From Bacteriovoracaceae bacterium (GTDB lineage Bacteria; Bdellovibrionota; Bacteriovoracia; Bacteriovoracales; Bacteriovoracaceae), in assembly GCA_965217035.1 (NCBI GenBank), contig OZ244226.1, forward strand, positions 1,470,146 to 1,534,145: a stretch of 64,000 nt of DNA. Reading direction: 5' to 3'. Made by a program: the position numbers and the translations under genes. Position 1 is the first letter of the stretch. Every line of letters starts with the position of its first letter. Positions 20,257 to 30,723 of this stretch are shown one piece after another. Under the pieces are notes generated by a model. The model was not told the DNA's origin. It made no database searches and worked only from the letters and a program-made list of their open reading frames with translations.

Positions 20257-21666
20257 TTAGGTCGACCTTTCCTTTATAGCGAAAAGCGACTCTAGCTGTA
20301 AAGATCTGCTTGCTTTAGCAAAGATCCAAGAATGAGATTCAATTTGTTTTTCCTGCTCAGGAGTCAGAGAAAGACCTTCCTGGCATATCAATAAATTACC
20401 TTTATATCCTTTTTGAAAATGGTCCTTGTATCGTCCAAGAAAAACCACTGAAGCCTTTTCAAGACTTGTTAAAAACTCTCCAAGCTCTTCATGATATTTT
20501 GGCGCCTTTTCCCCAAGCTCATTCATATCCCCCACAACCATCAAGCAATTCTCGTCTTTTGGCCCATCCTTGAGAAATACTTCATAAAACTCAGAAGCAG
20601 CTTGTTTCATTGAAGACGGGTTTGCATTGTAGGCGTCCAAAAACAATTTACTTGTTTTCCATCTACGCCATTCAGATCGATTAGGCCTAGGAGAAAAATG
20701 AGCGCAAGCCTCTAGGAGCTCTTTTGATTTTCCTGGATAAAGCTCATTAGCAATTACATAAGAAAGGGCCAGGTTAAAAAAATTATGACCTCCAAGAATA
20801 TTTTTATTTTCTATTTTTATGCCATTAACAGCAATACTTTGGGACTCTCTATCAAATACAAATTTAAAGTCTGGGCTTCCCTTTAAGCCATAAGTTTTTG
20901 TAAAACTAGAATTTTCAAGTTTAGAAAGATAAAAATCATCACTATTTTTGAAAAATATTTTTTTTCCATATTTTGATTGGGATATATATTGATAAGCCAA
21001 TGATTCCTCTTCAAAAACAGCTTCTAGGTCATCAAAGAACTCCATATGGGTATCACCGATATTTGTTGAAACTGCAATGGTTGGATGGCTACATTCACAA
21101 ATAACCTTCATTTCACCAGGATGATTGCTTCCATATTCCACCACAGCAAAGTCAATATCTTCTGTAATTTGAAAAAGAGTAAAAGGAACACCGAGATGAT
21201 TATTATTATTTCTTAAAGTACCGGTAACATTTTTATCATTTATAGAAGATAGTAAATGCCACAACATTTCTTTGGTAGTTGTTTTTCCATTTGACCCAGC
21301 GATCGCAATAATCTCTTTATTGCTTTTTTTTAACCAGTTTTGAACATGAGCACTTGCTAACTCTTGAGTATATTTAATTGAGTTATTAACAAGAACAAAA
21401 AGTTTTTTTGAATAATTTTTGCAAAGCTCTAAGACTTTATTTTTATTTTCTTTATTATTTTCTAAAACAATAAGATCCGTTTTATCTATGATTTGTTCTA
21501 CAAATTGAAAACCATCAAACTTCTCACCTTTAATGGCAAGAAAGAATTCTCCTGGTTTGAAGTTTCTTGTGTCTGTTCCAACTGCATAAAAATCAGAAAG
21601 AGCTTTCTGGTTACCGATAACTTCATCTATCGAAGAACAACCTAAAATTAATTCTGTCTTAATCAT
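20257..21666 (-). CDS. murF: UDP-MurNAc-tripeptide--D-Ala-D-Ala ligase
   Basis: DTR, GSNGKTTTKE, NNHLGVP, DAYNANPSSM, GDMNELG, KASR. Confidence 0.93.
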   Translation of the reverse strand: MIKTELILGCSSIDEVIGNQKALSDFYAVGTDTRNFKPGEFFLAIKGEKFDGFQFVEQIIDKTDLIVLENNKENKNKVLELCKNYSKKLFVLVNNSIKYTQELASAHVQNWLKKSNKEIIAIAGSNGKTTTKEMLWHLLSSINDKNVTGTLRNNNNHLGVPFTLFQITEDIDFAVVEYGSNHPGEMKVICECSHPTIAVSTNIGDTHMEFFDDLEAVFEEESLAYQYISQSKYGKKIFFKNSDDFYLSKLENSSFTKTYGLKGSPDFKFVFDRESQSIAVNGIKIENKNILGGHNFFNLALSYVIANELYPGKSKELLEACAHFSPRPNRSEWRRWKTSKLFLDAYNANPSSMKQAASEFYEVFLKDGPKDENCLMVVGDMNELGEKAPKYHEELGEFLTSLEKASVVFLGRYKDHFQKGYKGNLLICQEGLSLTPEQEKQIESHSWIFAKASRSLQLESLFAIKERST

Positions 21667-23020
21667 TTCTTGATTCTATTAACTCCATAATAAGAGATGC
21701 ATCTGAATACTCATGTTTAACACCTTTAATATCAAGATAATTCTCATGTCCCTTTCCTGCAACCAAAACAACGGAAGGCCTGTTTATCAGTTCAAAGCTT
21801 TTCGTTATTGCCTCTTTTCTATCAACAATAATCAAGTGATTATTTTGATTTTTGAAACCTTTTTGAGCGTCGTTAACGATCTGTACTGGATCTTCGAATC
21901 TAGGATTATCCGAAGTTAAAATAATTTTATCTGAATAAGCCTCAACTGCTTCTGCCATTTTAGGTCGCTTATCTCGATCTCGATCTCCCCCACATCCAAA
22001 AACAGTAATCAACTCATAATTCTCATAACTTTTCTTTAGCTCTGAACAAATATTAATTAATGCATCAGGTGTATGGGCATAATCCACAATAAAAAAATTA
22101 TCTTTCCAGGAATAGATTTGAAATCGCCCAGGAACTGTTTCTATTGCTCCAAGTTCAATATTTAAATCTCTATTCAAAGATTTTTGAGATAAATCCAGTG
22201 CTAGCTCATAATTGCTTTTATTAAAAGTAACCGAAAAAAGACCTACTGGTGGATAAACATTAATCAAAGGACTTTCTTGAAAATCATGATCATTTAATAA
22301 TTCTTTTAATTTCTCTTCTCTAGCGGGAATACAAAAAGGATTCAATGAATAGTTTTTCAGCTTTAACTTTTCATTAAAATATTCTTCCATGGTTTTATGG
22401 TAATCAAGGTGATCTTGAGAAAAAGAAGTCCAGCCAATCTGATTAAAAGGTATTTTATAAAAACGCTCTTGAGATAGCGCATGACTGCTTACTTCGAAGG
22501 CAAAGTTTTTAATATTTTTATACTTATATAGTATTTTTCTACAGTCGATAAAAGAGGGAGTTGTTAAAAAGAAGTCGCTCGCCTTTTCTCCATTTATGAA
22601 AAGTCCCAAAGTTCCGCAGGTCACAATAGATTCTTTGTTCATTAAAAAGATTTGCTCAATAAACTTCACAACAGTTGATTTACCATTCGTTCCCGTTACT
22701 CCAATGATATTTAAGTTATTTGGAACAGGATAGAAATCATTCAGTATACTATTTTGAATATTTAACCAATCATTACTCTTTAAAAGAACCTTATTTCCTT
22801 CTAACTCATTATAAACTTCTTGCGAATCAACAAAGCAAACTCCAATTTTTCGATCTAAGAGTTCTTTTTTATACTTAATATGATTCCCCTTAAAGAAAAG
22901 AAGATCTCGCTCTGAAGAATCTTGAACTCTCCACTGAATATCAACATACTCTGCGTCTACTATAAAGTTTTTTTCTAATTCTTTACCGCCAAGAAGCTCG
23001 GTAATGCGATGATTATTCAT
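21659..23020 (-). CDS. murE: UDP-MurNAc-dipeptide--meso-DAP ligase
   Basis: GVTGTNGKST, EVSSH, DHLDYH, VDYAHTPD, DNPR (DAP-type), AGKGHE. Confidence 0.93.
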   Translation of the reverse strand: MNNHRITELLGGKELEKNFIVDAEYVDIQWRVQDSSERDLLFFKGNHIKYKKELLDRKIGVCFVDSQEVYNELEGNKVLLKSNDWLNIQNSILNDFYPVPNNLNIIGVTGTNGKSTVVKFIEQIFLMNKESIVTCGTLGLFINGEKASDFFLTTPSFIDCRKILYKYKNIKNFAFEVSSHALSQERFYKIPFNQIGWTSFSQDHLDYHKTMEEYFNEKLKLKNYSLNPFCIPAREEKLKELLNDHDFQESPLINVYPPVGLFSVTFNKSNYELALDLSQKSLNRDLNIELGAIETVPGRFQIYSWKDNFFIVDYAHTPDALINICSELKKSYENYELITVFGCGGDRDRDKRPKMAEAVEAYSDKIILTSDNPRFEDPVQIVNDAQKGFKNQNNHLIIVDRKEAITKSFELINRPSVVLVAGKGHENYLDIKGVKHEYSDASLIMELIESRND

Positions 23021-24938
23021 AATGCGGAGATTTCAGATAAACCTTCACTGTTTTATCTTGCATTGGAGTAAAAGCTTTAGGGTATTGTTTATAAGCAACC
23101 CCAAACCCATTAACCTTTAGTTTTAATTTATACTTTTCTGCAATTTTTAAGATCGATTTTTTATCAAGACCTATGAGATTTGGAATTTGACCTGATTTAA
23201 CTCTCTTTTGTGCAGACTGTTTTATGTTCAATGTATCTGCCTTTTCTTTTTTTGTTTCAGCTAAGTTTTTTGCAAGTGTCTCAAACTCATTATTTTTAAA
23301 AAGGACTTTCTCAGCGATCTTTTTAAATATCGGAGCAGCAACTTCATTACCATAAAAACCGTTCTTCTTTGGGGTATCGATGTAAACAAACGCCACGAAA
23401 GGTTTTTTTACTCCAATCGGAAAACCGACAAAGCTAGAGATATAACCTTCATATCCACCATCTTTAGAGGGCTTTTGAGCTGTTCCGGTTTTTCCTGCAA
23501 TTCTATAGTTTCTAATTTTCGCTTTTTCTCCAGTTCCTTTTTCCACAGTTTTTTCAAGCATTCTCGCAACTTTATTTGCTGTATCTTTTGAAACAACCTG
23601 AATTCTTTCTGGATTGCTATGCCTTTTTAAAAGAGTGGGTTTTATTAAAAATCCATCATTTAAAAAAGGAAGGTAACTCGCCAACAACTGTATTCCCGTG
23701 ACAGCAACACCCTGTCCGAAACTTAAATTACTCAGTCTTAGTTTAGACACGCGTTTTTCTTTTTGAAAAATCCCTCGAGACTCAGAAGAGACTTCAATAC
23801 CCGTCTTCTTTCCAATACCAAAATCATTAAATGTCTCATAAAGTTTTTTATGTCCTAATTCAAAAGCAATTTTCGTCGTTCCAATATTAGAACTTTCTTT
23901 AAGAATATCTGTAACGCTTAACCATTTAAACTTGTGATTAGCACTTTCTTTTATCGTGTGATCGTTAACTTTATAACGACCATTTTCACAATAAAAAATA
24001 GTCGAAGGGTTCACTATTCCATTCTCTAAAGCAGAAGCTATCGTTAATGTTTTTAACACTGATCCTGGTTCAAATGGATCAGAAACAAATGATAATTTTC
24101 GATAACTGGCCTTTGATCCTTTTCTATTATTAGGATCAAATGTTGGGTAATTGGCCATTGCCAAAATTTCACCCGTCCTAGCATCAATTACTCCTGCCCC
24201 ACCTCTATCAGCATTATGCCTAATAACTCCCTCTTTGATACTTTTTTCAAGAACACCTTGAATCTCTTTATCAATACTTAGATAAATATCTTCTGAGGAT
24301 TTAAAGTTTGTAAGGTTTTCAAACTTAAGGGAGCGACCTTTAGCATCTCTTAAATACGAAATTGTTTTTTCTTTCCCCTGAAGAACATCATCATAACGAT
24401 GTTCTACTCCAGAGAGTCCCTTATTATCAATGCCTACAAACCCAAGAATTTGAGAAGCAAGTTCATTATTTGGATAAAGTCTACTTGTAATAGGTTCGTA
24501 ATAGACACCTTCTAAATTTTTAATTTCTTCAATTTGTTCATCTGTTAAAGGAATATTTCTTAAAAGCCATGTAAATTTATTTCTTCCCTTTAATTTATTA
24601 ATTGTTTTACTAGTACTGAGTTTTTTTATAATTCGCCCAAGCTTAACAATCTCTTTTTTAGAGGGAGAAAGTTCCTTTGGCATCGCAAAAAGATTAAAGT
24701 TTTGAATATTAATCGCAAGAGGGTTTCCATTTCTATCGTAAATTTGCCCTCTATTTGGATAAATTTTTGCTTTTCTAATGAATTGATTTTCAGAATATGA
24801 AATCAAATCATCTTTAATAATAAATTGAAGATAGGAAACTCGAGCAATAATAACGACAAAAGAAATAATAAGAAGGAAAAAGACAAAATATGTCTTAGAT
24901 CGAAGTGTGGGATTTCCTATTTCCGGCCTGTTTTGCAT
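23013..24938 (-). CDS. ftsI: class B PBP FtsI/PBP3 with PASTA domain
   Basis: RGQIYDRNG, EPGSVLK (SxxK), SSN, KTGTAQK. Confidence 0.95.
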   Translation of the reverse strand: MQNRPEIGNPTLRSKTYFVFFLLIISFVVIIARVSYLQFIIKDDLISYSENQFIRKAKIYPNRGQIYDRNGNPLAINIQNFNLFAMPKELSPSKKEIVKLGRIIKKLSTSKTINKLKGRNKFTWLLRNIPLTDEQIEEIKNLEGVYYEPITSRLYPNNELASQILGFVGIDNKGLSGVEHRYDDVLQGKEKTISYLRDAKGRSLKFENLTNFKSSEDIYLSIDKEIQGVLEKSIKEGVIRHNADRGGAGVIDARTGEILAMANYPTFDPNNRKGSKASYRKLSFVSDPFEPGSVLKTLTIASALENGIVNPSTIFYCENGRYKVNDHTIKESANHKFKWLSVTDILKESSNIGTTKIAFELGHKKLYETFNDFGIGKKTGIEVSSESRGIFQKEKRVSKLRLSNLSFGQGVAVTGIQLLASYLPFLNDGFLIKPTLLKRHSNPERIQVVSKDTANKVARMLEKTVEKGTGEKAKIRNYRIAGKTGTAQKPSKDGGYEGYISSFVGFPIGVKKPFVAFVYIDTPKKNGFYGNEVAAPIFKKIAEKVLFKNNEFETLAKNLAETKKEKADTLNIKQSAQKRVKSGQIPNLIGLDKKSILKIAEKYKLKLKVNGFGVAYKQYPKAFTPMQDKTVKVYLKSPHYE

Positions 24939-25203
24939 TATCCTGGATCACTATTATTTGTTCTCTATTCGGCACTTTTAGTTTATACCGCTTAGCATAG
25001 GATCTCAAATTCTTGACCGAGAGAAGCTTAGCCTTATCAGCCTTTAACTCTTTATTAACAAGGTTTGCTTTTTTAAGCTTTCCCCTCATTTCATTTAACG
25101 CATAGTCCTCATCTACACATTGCATACGTAAATAAACATGCGTAAAACCAATGATACCAAAGACAAAAATGCCAATAATGATTTTTAAATTATTTCTTCT
25201 CAC
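24895..25203 (-). CDS. ftsL: cell division protein FtsL-like
   Basis: TM helix plus coiled coil, located between rsmH and ftsI. Confidence 0.75.
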   Translation of the reverse strand: MRRNNLKIIIGIFVFGIIGFTHVYLRMQCVDEDYALNEMRGKLKKANLVNKELKADKAKLLSVKNLRSYAKRYKLKVPNREQIIVIQDNAKQAGNRKSHTSI

Positions 25204-25204
25204 C

Positions 25205-26125
25205 TTATGAGTTTATCATTAATTTCTGAATTACTCTAAGCTTAGCACTTCTTGACCTAGGATTTTCTGATAGTTCCTGTTCATCAGCAATAAGTGGTCT
25301 TTTAGTATGAATCTTAAAATTTTTCCGATCATTTTGGTAAAGTTCTTTAAAACTTCTTTTCACGATCCGATCTTCAAGCGAATGAAAGGAAATAATTCCA
25401 AGCTTTCCACCCTCTTTAAGCCTTGCAATCATTCCAGGAATGGATCGTTCCAAAACACCAAGTTCATCATTCACATATATTCTCAAAGCTTGAAAACATT
25501 TTGTTGCTGGATGAGTTTTTCCATGGCGCATTTTTTTAGGATAAGCATGGAAACAAACATTTTCTAAATCCTTAGTCGTCTCAAAAGGTTTTATTTTTCT
25601 TTGCTCTATAATTTGATGACTGATTCTTCTTGAAAATTTTTCTTCACCATATTCAAAGAAGATATTCGCAATTTCTTCTTCATCATAAGTGTTAAGAACT
25701 TCTTTAGCCGTTAGCTCTTTAGATTGATCCATTCTCATATCAAGTTCAGATTCATAACGAAATGAAAAACCACGAGAAACTGAATCAAACTGATGAGAAG
25801 AGACTCCAATATCTGCTAAAATGATATCGAATTTTTTCTCTTCATTAGATTTGTCAGCAAAGTATTTTTCATAATTTGTATGAATAATTTGGATACGAAG
25901 GCCCAAGGGATTTTCCGAAAGAACTTTTTTTGAATTTTCAATTGCCTCTTGATCTTGATCGAGACCAATTGCTTCTTTGATATCATATTTTTTTAAAAAT
26001 GAAAGACAATGTCCACCTGCCCCGAAGGTTGCATCAAGATACGAATGAGGCTTAGAAGTTTCAGGCCTCAAATATTCTAGACATAAATCTAGAAGAACAG
26101 GCTTATGTTCTCCGTAATTATCCAC
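25205..26125 (-). CDS. rsmH: 16S rRNA m4C1402 methyltransferase
   Basis: HKPVLL, DATFGAGGH, DIGVSS, LDMRMD, ISFHSLEDR, NPRSRSAKLR. Confidence 0.97.
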   Translation of the reverse strand: MDNYGEHKPVLLDLCLEYLRPETSKPHSYLDATFGAGGHCLSFLKKYDIKEAIGLDQDQEAIENSKKVLSENPLGLRIQIIHTNYEKYFADKSNEEKKFDIILADIGVSSHQFDSVSRGFSFRYESELDMRMDQSKELTAKEVLNTYDEEEIANIFFEYGEEKFSRRISHQIIEQRKIKPFETTKDLENVCFHAYPKKMRHGKTHPATKCFQALRIYVNDELGVLERSIPGMIARLKEGGKLGIISFHSLEDRIVKRSFKELYQNDRKNFKIHTKRPLIADEQELSENPRSRSAKLRVIQKLMINS

Positions 26126-26127
26126 GT

Positions 26128-26556
26128 TTACTTAGAGGCAAAGTCCACAACCTCAGTATAGGACTTAGACTGGCGCCCCTGAAGACTTCTCATTTCTTCC
26201 ATCTCAGACTCTTCTTTGCAGGCGATGCAAAGCTCAGCTGTTGGTCGTGCAAGTAATCGCTCATATTTAATTTCAGCACCACATTCTTCACAATAGCCAT
26301 ATTCTTCAGTGTCAAATTTCTCTAAAGCCTTATCGAGTTTTTTCAGATAAAAAATTCCTCGATTTCTCATCCTCAACATATGTGAATTTTCATAATCGGA
26401 GTTCGCGAGATCAACATCATCGCTTTGGTCTTCTTTAGCAATCAAAAACTTTTCATCGCTAACAGCATGTGAGTTTAAGATCCTCTCTTTCTCAGCTAAA
26501 ATTTTCTCTTTCAGAGTTTTTAATTGTCTAATGGTCAAATGATTAAATCTTTTCAT
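26128..26556 (-). CDS. dksA: DksA/TraR C4 zinc-finger transcription factor
   Basis: DDVDLA (DxxDxA tip), YGYCEECG, RLLARPTAELCIAC. Confidence 0.88.
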   Translation of the reverse strand: MKRFNHLTIRQLKTLKEKILAEKERILNSHAVSDEKFLIAKEDQSDDVDLANSDYENSHMLRMRNRGIFYLKKLDKALEKFDTEEYGYCEECGAEIKYERLLARPTAELCIACKEESEMEEMRSLQGRQSKSYTEVVDFASK

Positions 26557-26569
26557 TAAGCCATTCTCC

Positions 26570-27160
26570 TTAATCTAATCCGCCCCGAATATTGAGAAGC
26601 ACAGATTTTGTAATTGTCTTTAATGTTTCAAAAACACCAACGCCTTCAACGGCGATCGCTTCTTGTTCGGGCCAGTTATGGGTATTTAATTTTTTACTAA
26701 GTTCATCAATCGGGGCAATGTTAGGAAGATCTCGCTTGTTAAACTGAACAATCGTTGGAACCTTATCAACACTATAACCTTGTTCTTCCAAGTTAACTTT
26801 CAGACTATTTATACTTTCAATATTAGATTCCATTTTATCAACCTGAGAATCTGCAACGAAAACAATTCCATCAACCCCTCGAAGAATAAGCTTTCTACTT
26901 GCTTCATAAATAACCTGACCTGGGACAGTATATAAATGAAAGCGAGTTTTAAATCCTCGAATCTCTCCAACTTCAAGAGGAAGAAAATCAAAAAATAATG
27001 TTCGCTCATTATCTGTATCCAAAGTAATCATTTCACCTTTAGCATCGGACTGAGTTTTCATATAAACATGCTGAATATTAGTCGTCTTCCCACCAAGACC
27101 TGGGCCATAATAGACGATTTTGCAGTTAATCTCTTTTGTGTGGTAATTAACAAAAGACAT
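26570..27160 (-). CDS. mglA: Ras-like GTPase MglA
   Basis: KIVYYGPGLGGKTTN, RTLFFDFLP, YTVPGQ, NKRD. Confidence 0.95.
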   Translation of the reverse strand: MSFVNYHTKEINCKIVYYGPGLGGKTTNIQHVYMKTQSDAKGEMITLDTDNERTLFFDFLPLEVGEIRGFKTRFHLYTVPGQVIYEASRKLILRGVDGIVFVADSQVDKMESNIESINSLKVNLEEQGYSVDKVPTIVQFNKRDLPNIAPIDELSKKLNTHNWPEQEAIAVEGVGVFETLKTITKSVLLNIRGGLD

Positions 27161-27268
27161 AGATTCCTTTTAATTTTGATTCTTGAGCGTATTTGTAGCC
27201 CTTTTAATAGAGGTCATTAGTTTAAATGGCGATTAAAAAAGTCTTACAATTGATAAAGGAAATTTATT

Positions 27269-27871
27269 TTAACTCATCAAGGTACGATTATCGAGTGCCG
27301 TTGAAATGGTTTGAGGGTCCAAATATTCAAGAGAACCACCGAGCGGCACGCCAAAACCAATTCTTTCCACAATGCATTGTGGTGATAAAAGATCTTTAAG
27401 ATAAGAGCAGGTCGCTTCACCTTCAAGGCTAGGATTGATCGCAAGAATTAATCGTTCGATCCCTTCAGAGCTAATCCTTTCTTTTAATAAGTTAAAATGA
27501 AGGTCATTTGGACCTACCCCTAAAAGTGGGTTTAGAACACCACCAAGAATAAAGTAAAGCCCCTTGTATTTCTCACTGCGCTCTATTGCAAGAAAGTCAG
27601 TATAACTTTCGACTACACAGAGAGTTTTTGAAACTTTTCTCTCTTCATCAGTGCAAATACTGCACTGGTCACCATCACAAAAAGTTCGACATGTTGAGCA
27701 TTCATTAAGTTCAGTTAAGCGCGAAATTGTTTCAGCATAGTTTTCAATTTCAGCTGAAGACCATTTCAAGACGTGAAGAACATTTCTCATTGCTGTTCTT
27801 TCCCCAACGCCCGGCTGCTTTTTAAATGCTTCTATCGCAGATTTAATAACTTCAGGTGTTTTATATGACAT
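27269..27871 (-). CDS. recR: recombination mediator RecR
   Basis: PGVGERTA HhH, C4 zinc finger, LCVVE, EGEAT, GSLEYLD. Confidence 0.95.
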   Translation of the reverse strand: MSYKTPEVIKSAIEAFKKQPGVGERTAMRNVLHVLKWSSAEIENYAETISRLTELNECSTCRTFCDGDQCSICTDEERKVSKTLCVVESYTDFLAIERSEKYKGLYFILGGVLNPLLGVGPNDLHFNLLKERISSEGIERLILAINPSLEGEATCSYLKDLLSPQCIVERIGFGVPLGGSLEYLDPQTISTALDNRTLMS

Positions 27872-28182
27872 CAGAAAAGACCAGGAATTGAGAGACCACC
27901 TGTCACTTTCGACATCGCCGAAGAAACCATTTCCTGTGAGTCCTTTACGGCCTCATTAATAGCTGCCTTTACAAGATCCTGAAGCATATCAACATCATTA
28001 GGATCAACGCATTCTGGATCAATTTTAATATCGAGAAGTTCTTGCTTTCCATTTACTTTAACTTTGACCATTCCCCCACCAGAAGAAGCTTCTACTTCCC
28101 TCGCTTCAAGCTCTTTTTGGAGTGTCGTCATTTTAGCCTGCATCTGCTGTGCCTGCTTCATCAGTTGATTCATGTTTTTCAT
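27871..28182 (-). CDS. ybaB: YbaB/EbfC nucleoid-associated protein
   Basis: [26 protein letters not shown]. Confidence 0.95.
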   Translation of the reverse strand: MKNMNQLMKQAQQMQAKMTTLQKELEAREVEASSGGGMVKVKVNGKQELLDIKIDPECVDPNDVDMLQDLVKAAINEAVKDSQEMVSSAMSKVTGGLSIPGLF

Positions 28183-29771
28183 AGTCTATCCTTTACTCTA
28201 ACGTCTTCAACTTTTGCCCCAAAAAGCTTCTCTGCTTTTTTTATAGGGTCTGTTTCTACGAATTGCTGTTTGAGCTCATCTTCTGTTTTTTGCCTTTTCG
28301 ACTCCGAAATATCAGAAAGACTTTGAAAAGACTTTTCCTGTTGCTGAGCTTCATTAAGAATTTCAAATCTCAAACGTACTTTCTCTTTATCCTTTTTTAA
28401 GTATTCACAAAGAATAGAGTGAACACTACTAAAAATATCTTTCTCTTGAAAATAGTCATACATGAGACGGCTTTTTTCTCCAAAGCCCATAACAACTTCT
28501 GTTTCCTCAGACCCATCTTCATAACTTAATAGATTACCGAGCTCTAAATTAGCCGCACTAGCAGCCCTGGATTGCTTTAAATGGTTAATAAAATCCTGAA
28601 TAACGAAACCATTGATTGCCACAGGTTTAGATTCTTGAATTTTTATTTCTGAAGCCGGCTGCTGTATCGATACTTCAACTTGAGCAGGTTCACCTTCTTT
28701 AACCTCAGAGGCAGGGGCTGCATCTAATGCTTGAGGCATTGAAGAGATTATCGATTTTTGTAATGAAATTAAAACCGCGTTTTCAGGATTAAAAGAGCTC
28801 AGTGCCCATTTAAAGTCTTCGGACAGCTTTTGATAAATTTCAATTAAACGAGAAACATTACGATTTGCTTTTAATGATTCTTGAATTTTTTCGTAATAAA
28901 AATCAAGAATTTGATTAGCAAAAGTTTCAATATCAATATTTTCTTTAAGACATTCATTAAAAAGATTTGTAATTTCCTGAACATCTTTTTTATAAATAGC
29001 CCGACAAATATTTTTAATTGCAGAAAGCTTCGTCAATCCTAAACTAAAAAGAAGTCCTTCTTCAGTAATTTGGTTATTACCTGAAAAATTTCTTAATTGT
29101 TCGATAAGTGTCAAAACATCTCTAACAGAACCTTTTCCAGCCTGGCAGACTGACTTTAAAACTTCTTCATTCTCAATAGTAATGCTTTCGGCATCAAGAA
29201 TGGCTTTCGTATGTTCTAATAAGGTTACCTGGGACATTGGTCTCAAATCAAAGCGTTGAGTTCGTGAAAGCACAGTTGCTAAAAGCTTCTCCGGATCTGT
29301 CGTCGCAAAAATAAAAACAACATGGGCCGGGGGCTCTTCAAGGTTTTTCAATAATGCGTTGAAAGCACTATTAGAAAGCATGTGAACCTCATCAATCACA
29401 TAAACTTTATATTTACCTTCAGTAGGAAGATAGGGAAGCGTTTCAACCAAGCTTCGAATATTTTCAACACCATTGTGAGAAGCACCATCAATTTCCTGAT
29501 AATCAAGAGAATTACCCGATTCAAGTGACTTACAAGAACTACATTCTAGGCAAGGCTCAAAATCACTTGATAGGTTCTTACAATTTATCGCCTTGGCAAA
29601 GATTCTCGCCAAAGTTGTTTTTCCTATTCCTCGAGTCCCAGCAAAAAGGTAAGCATGACCAATGGTCCCTGACTTTAGAGAACCCTTAATAGCCTTTACA
29701 ACATGGTCCTGCCCTTTCACTTCAGAAAATTTAGAGGGACGCCATTTCCTGGCGAGAACTTCGTAATTCAT
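28179..29771 (-). CDS. dnaX: DNA polymerase III gamma/tau
   Basis: [17 protein letters not shown]4 zinc module, [21 protein letters not shown]. Confidence 0.96.
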   Translation of the reverse strand: MNYEVLARKWRPSKFSEVKGQDHVVKAIKGSLKSGTIGHAYLFAGTRGIGKTTLARIFAKAINCKNLSSDFEPCLECSSCKSLESGNSLDYQEIDGASHNGVENIRSLVETLPYLPTEGKYKVYVIDEVHMLSNSAFNALLKNLEEPPAHVVFIFATTDPEKLLATVLSRTQRFDLRPMSQVTLLEHTKAILDAESITIENEEVLKSVCQAGKGSVRDVLTLIEQLRNFSGNNQITEEGLLFSLGLTKLSAIKNICRAIYKKDVQEITNLFNECLKENIDIETFANQILDFYYEKIQESLKANRNVSRLIEIYQKLSEDFKWALSSFNPENAVLISLQKSIISSMPQALDAAPASEVKEGEPAQVEVSIQQPASEIKIQESKPVAINGFVIQDFINHLKQSRAASAANLELGNLLSYEDGSEETEVVMGFGEKSRLMYDYFQEKDIFSSVHSILCEYLKKDKEKVRLRFEILNEAQQQEKSFQSLSDISESKRQKTEDELKQQFVETDPIKKAEKLFGAKVEDVRVKDRL

Positions 29772-29805
29772 CGTCTTATGTTTGTATCAAATGGATAGGG
29801 GAAAT

Positions 29806-29907
29806 GGCAGCCCTAACATTTGACACAAAGCGCAAACTGCTACCGTTGCTTCGTTCCCGACCTGGCGGAGTTCACAATAAAACACAGTTGCCAGTGCTAA
29901 AGCTACC
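29806..29907 (-). ncRNA. ffs: signal recognition particle 4.5S RNA
   Basis: Minus strand CCGCCAGGTCGGGAACGAAGCAACGG S-domain; terminal helix GGTAGCTTTAGCA/TGTTAGGGCTGCC; upstream of dnaX. Confidence 0.9.
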
Positions 29908-29917
29908 GTGTTGCATA

Positions 29918-30703
29918 CTAATTCCCGAACTTGAATGAGTCAATCCCTGGTTTCTTGGGCTCCTCAATTGGCTGATATTGTCTGTTATTACAACCTTTTA
30001 TGAGACGGGAGTCCTCTTTCGAGATAATAATTTTATTCGGATAGTCGATAAAATTGCTTATGACTTTATTTTTCCTTTGGTTAAAAAGCGCCAATCTTAA
30101 GTAATATTCGCCAACCAAAGACGTCCCTGCATTAACTTTATTTAAAGAATAATTCGCTTTTTCTGGGTACCCATTATAGGACTTCACGTTATAGCTGGAA
30201 ACATCAATAATTCTAAAACTTTTAGGAACATAAGACTCTGTGACTTCGGCTTCAGCAATAAACTTATTATGTCCCATTATCGGACACTCGTGCTTTTCTA
30301 AATGAGGAGCAGGGTAAAGTGCTGAATACATTAAAAAGAAACCTGACTTCTTAGCCTGACTGATAACTTCTTCTCTTTTAAAAGTAAAAGGAACATAAAA
30401 AGTATGGAGCTTTAAAAGACGTCCATTCTTTTTACGAATCACTTCATAAATCCAAGAATCAAATCTATATTTTTTTTGTAACTTAGAAAGCACATCAATA
30501 TCAATTAATGGTAGCTTAAAAAAAGTTTGAATACCTTTTGAAAGAACAGTAAGTTTTTCTTTTCCAACATTGTATGTATGATTTTCTGTGCTTTCTATTT
30601 CCAGAGGTTCAGGATCAATAATATGTGATCCTGAAATACTTTCTTTAACTTCACTATAATCAGTACAAGAAAAGACTAGAATAAAAACTAGTAATAACCT
30701 CAT
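29918..30703 (-). CDS. hypothetical lipoprotein
   Basis: VFSC lipobox, 261-aa ORF. Confidence 0.7.
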   Translation of the reverse strand: MRLLLVFILVFSCTDYSEVKESISGSHIIDPEPLEIESTENHTYNVGKEKLTVLSKGIQTFFKLPLIDIDVLSKLQKKYRFDSWIYEVIRKKNGRLLKLHTFYVPFTFKREEVISQAKKSGFFLMYSALYPAPHLEKHECPIMGHNKFIAEAEVTESYVPKSFRIIDVSSYNVKSYNGYPEKANYSLNKVNAGTSLVGEYYLRLALFNQRKNKVISNFIDYPNKIIISKEDSRLIKGCNNRQYQPIEEPKKPGIDSFKFGN

Positions 30704-30723
30704 ATCTTAATGTTAGGTTAATT

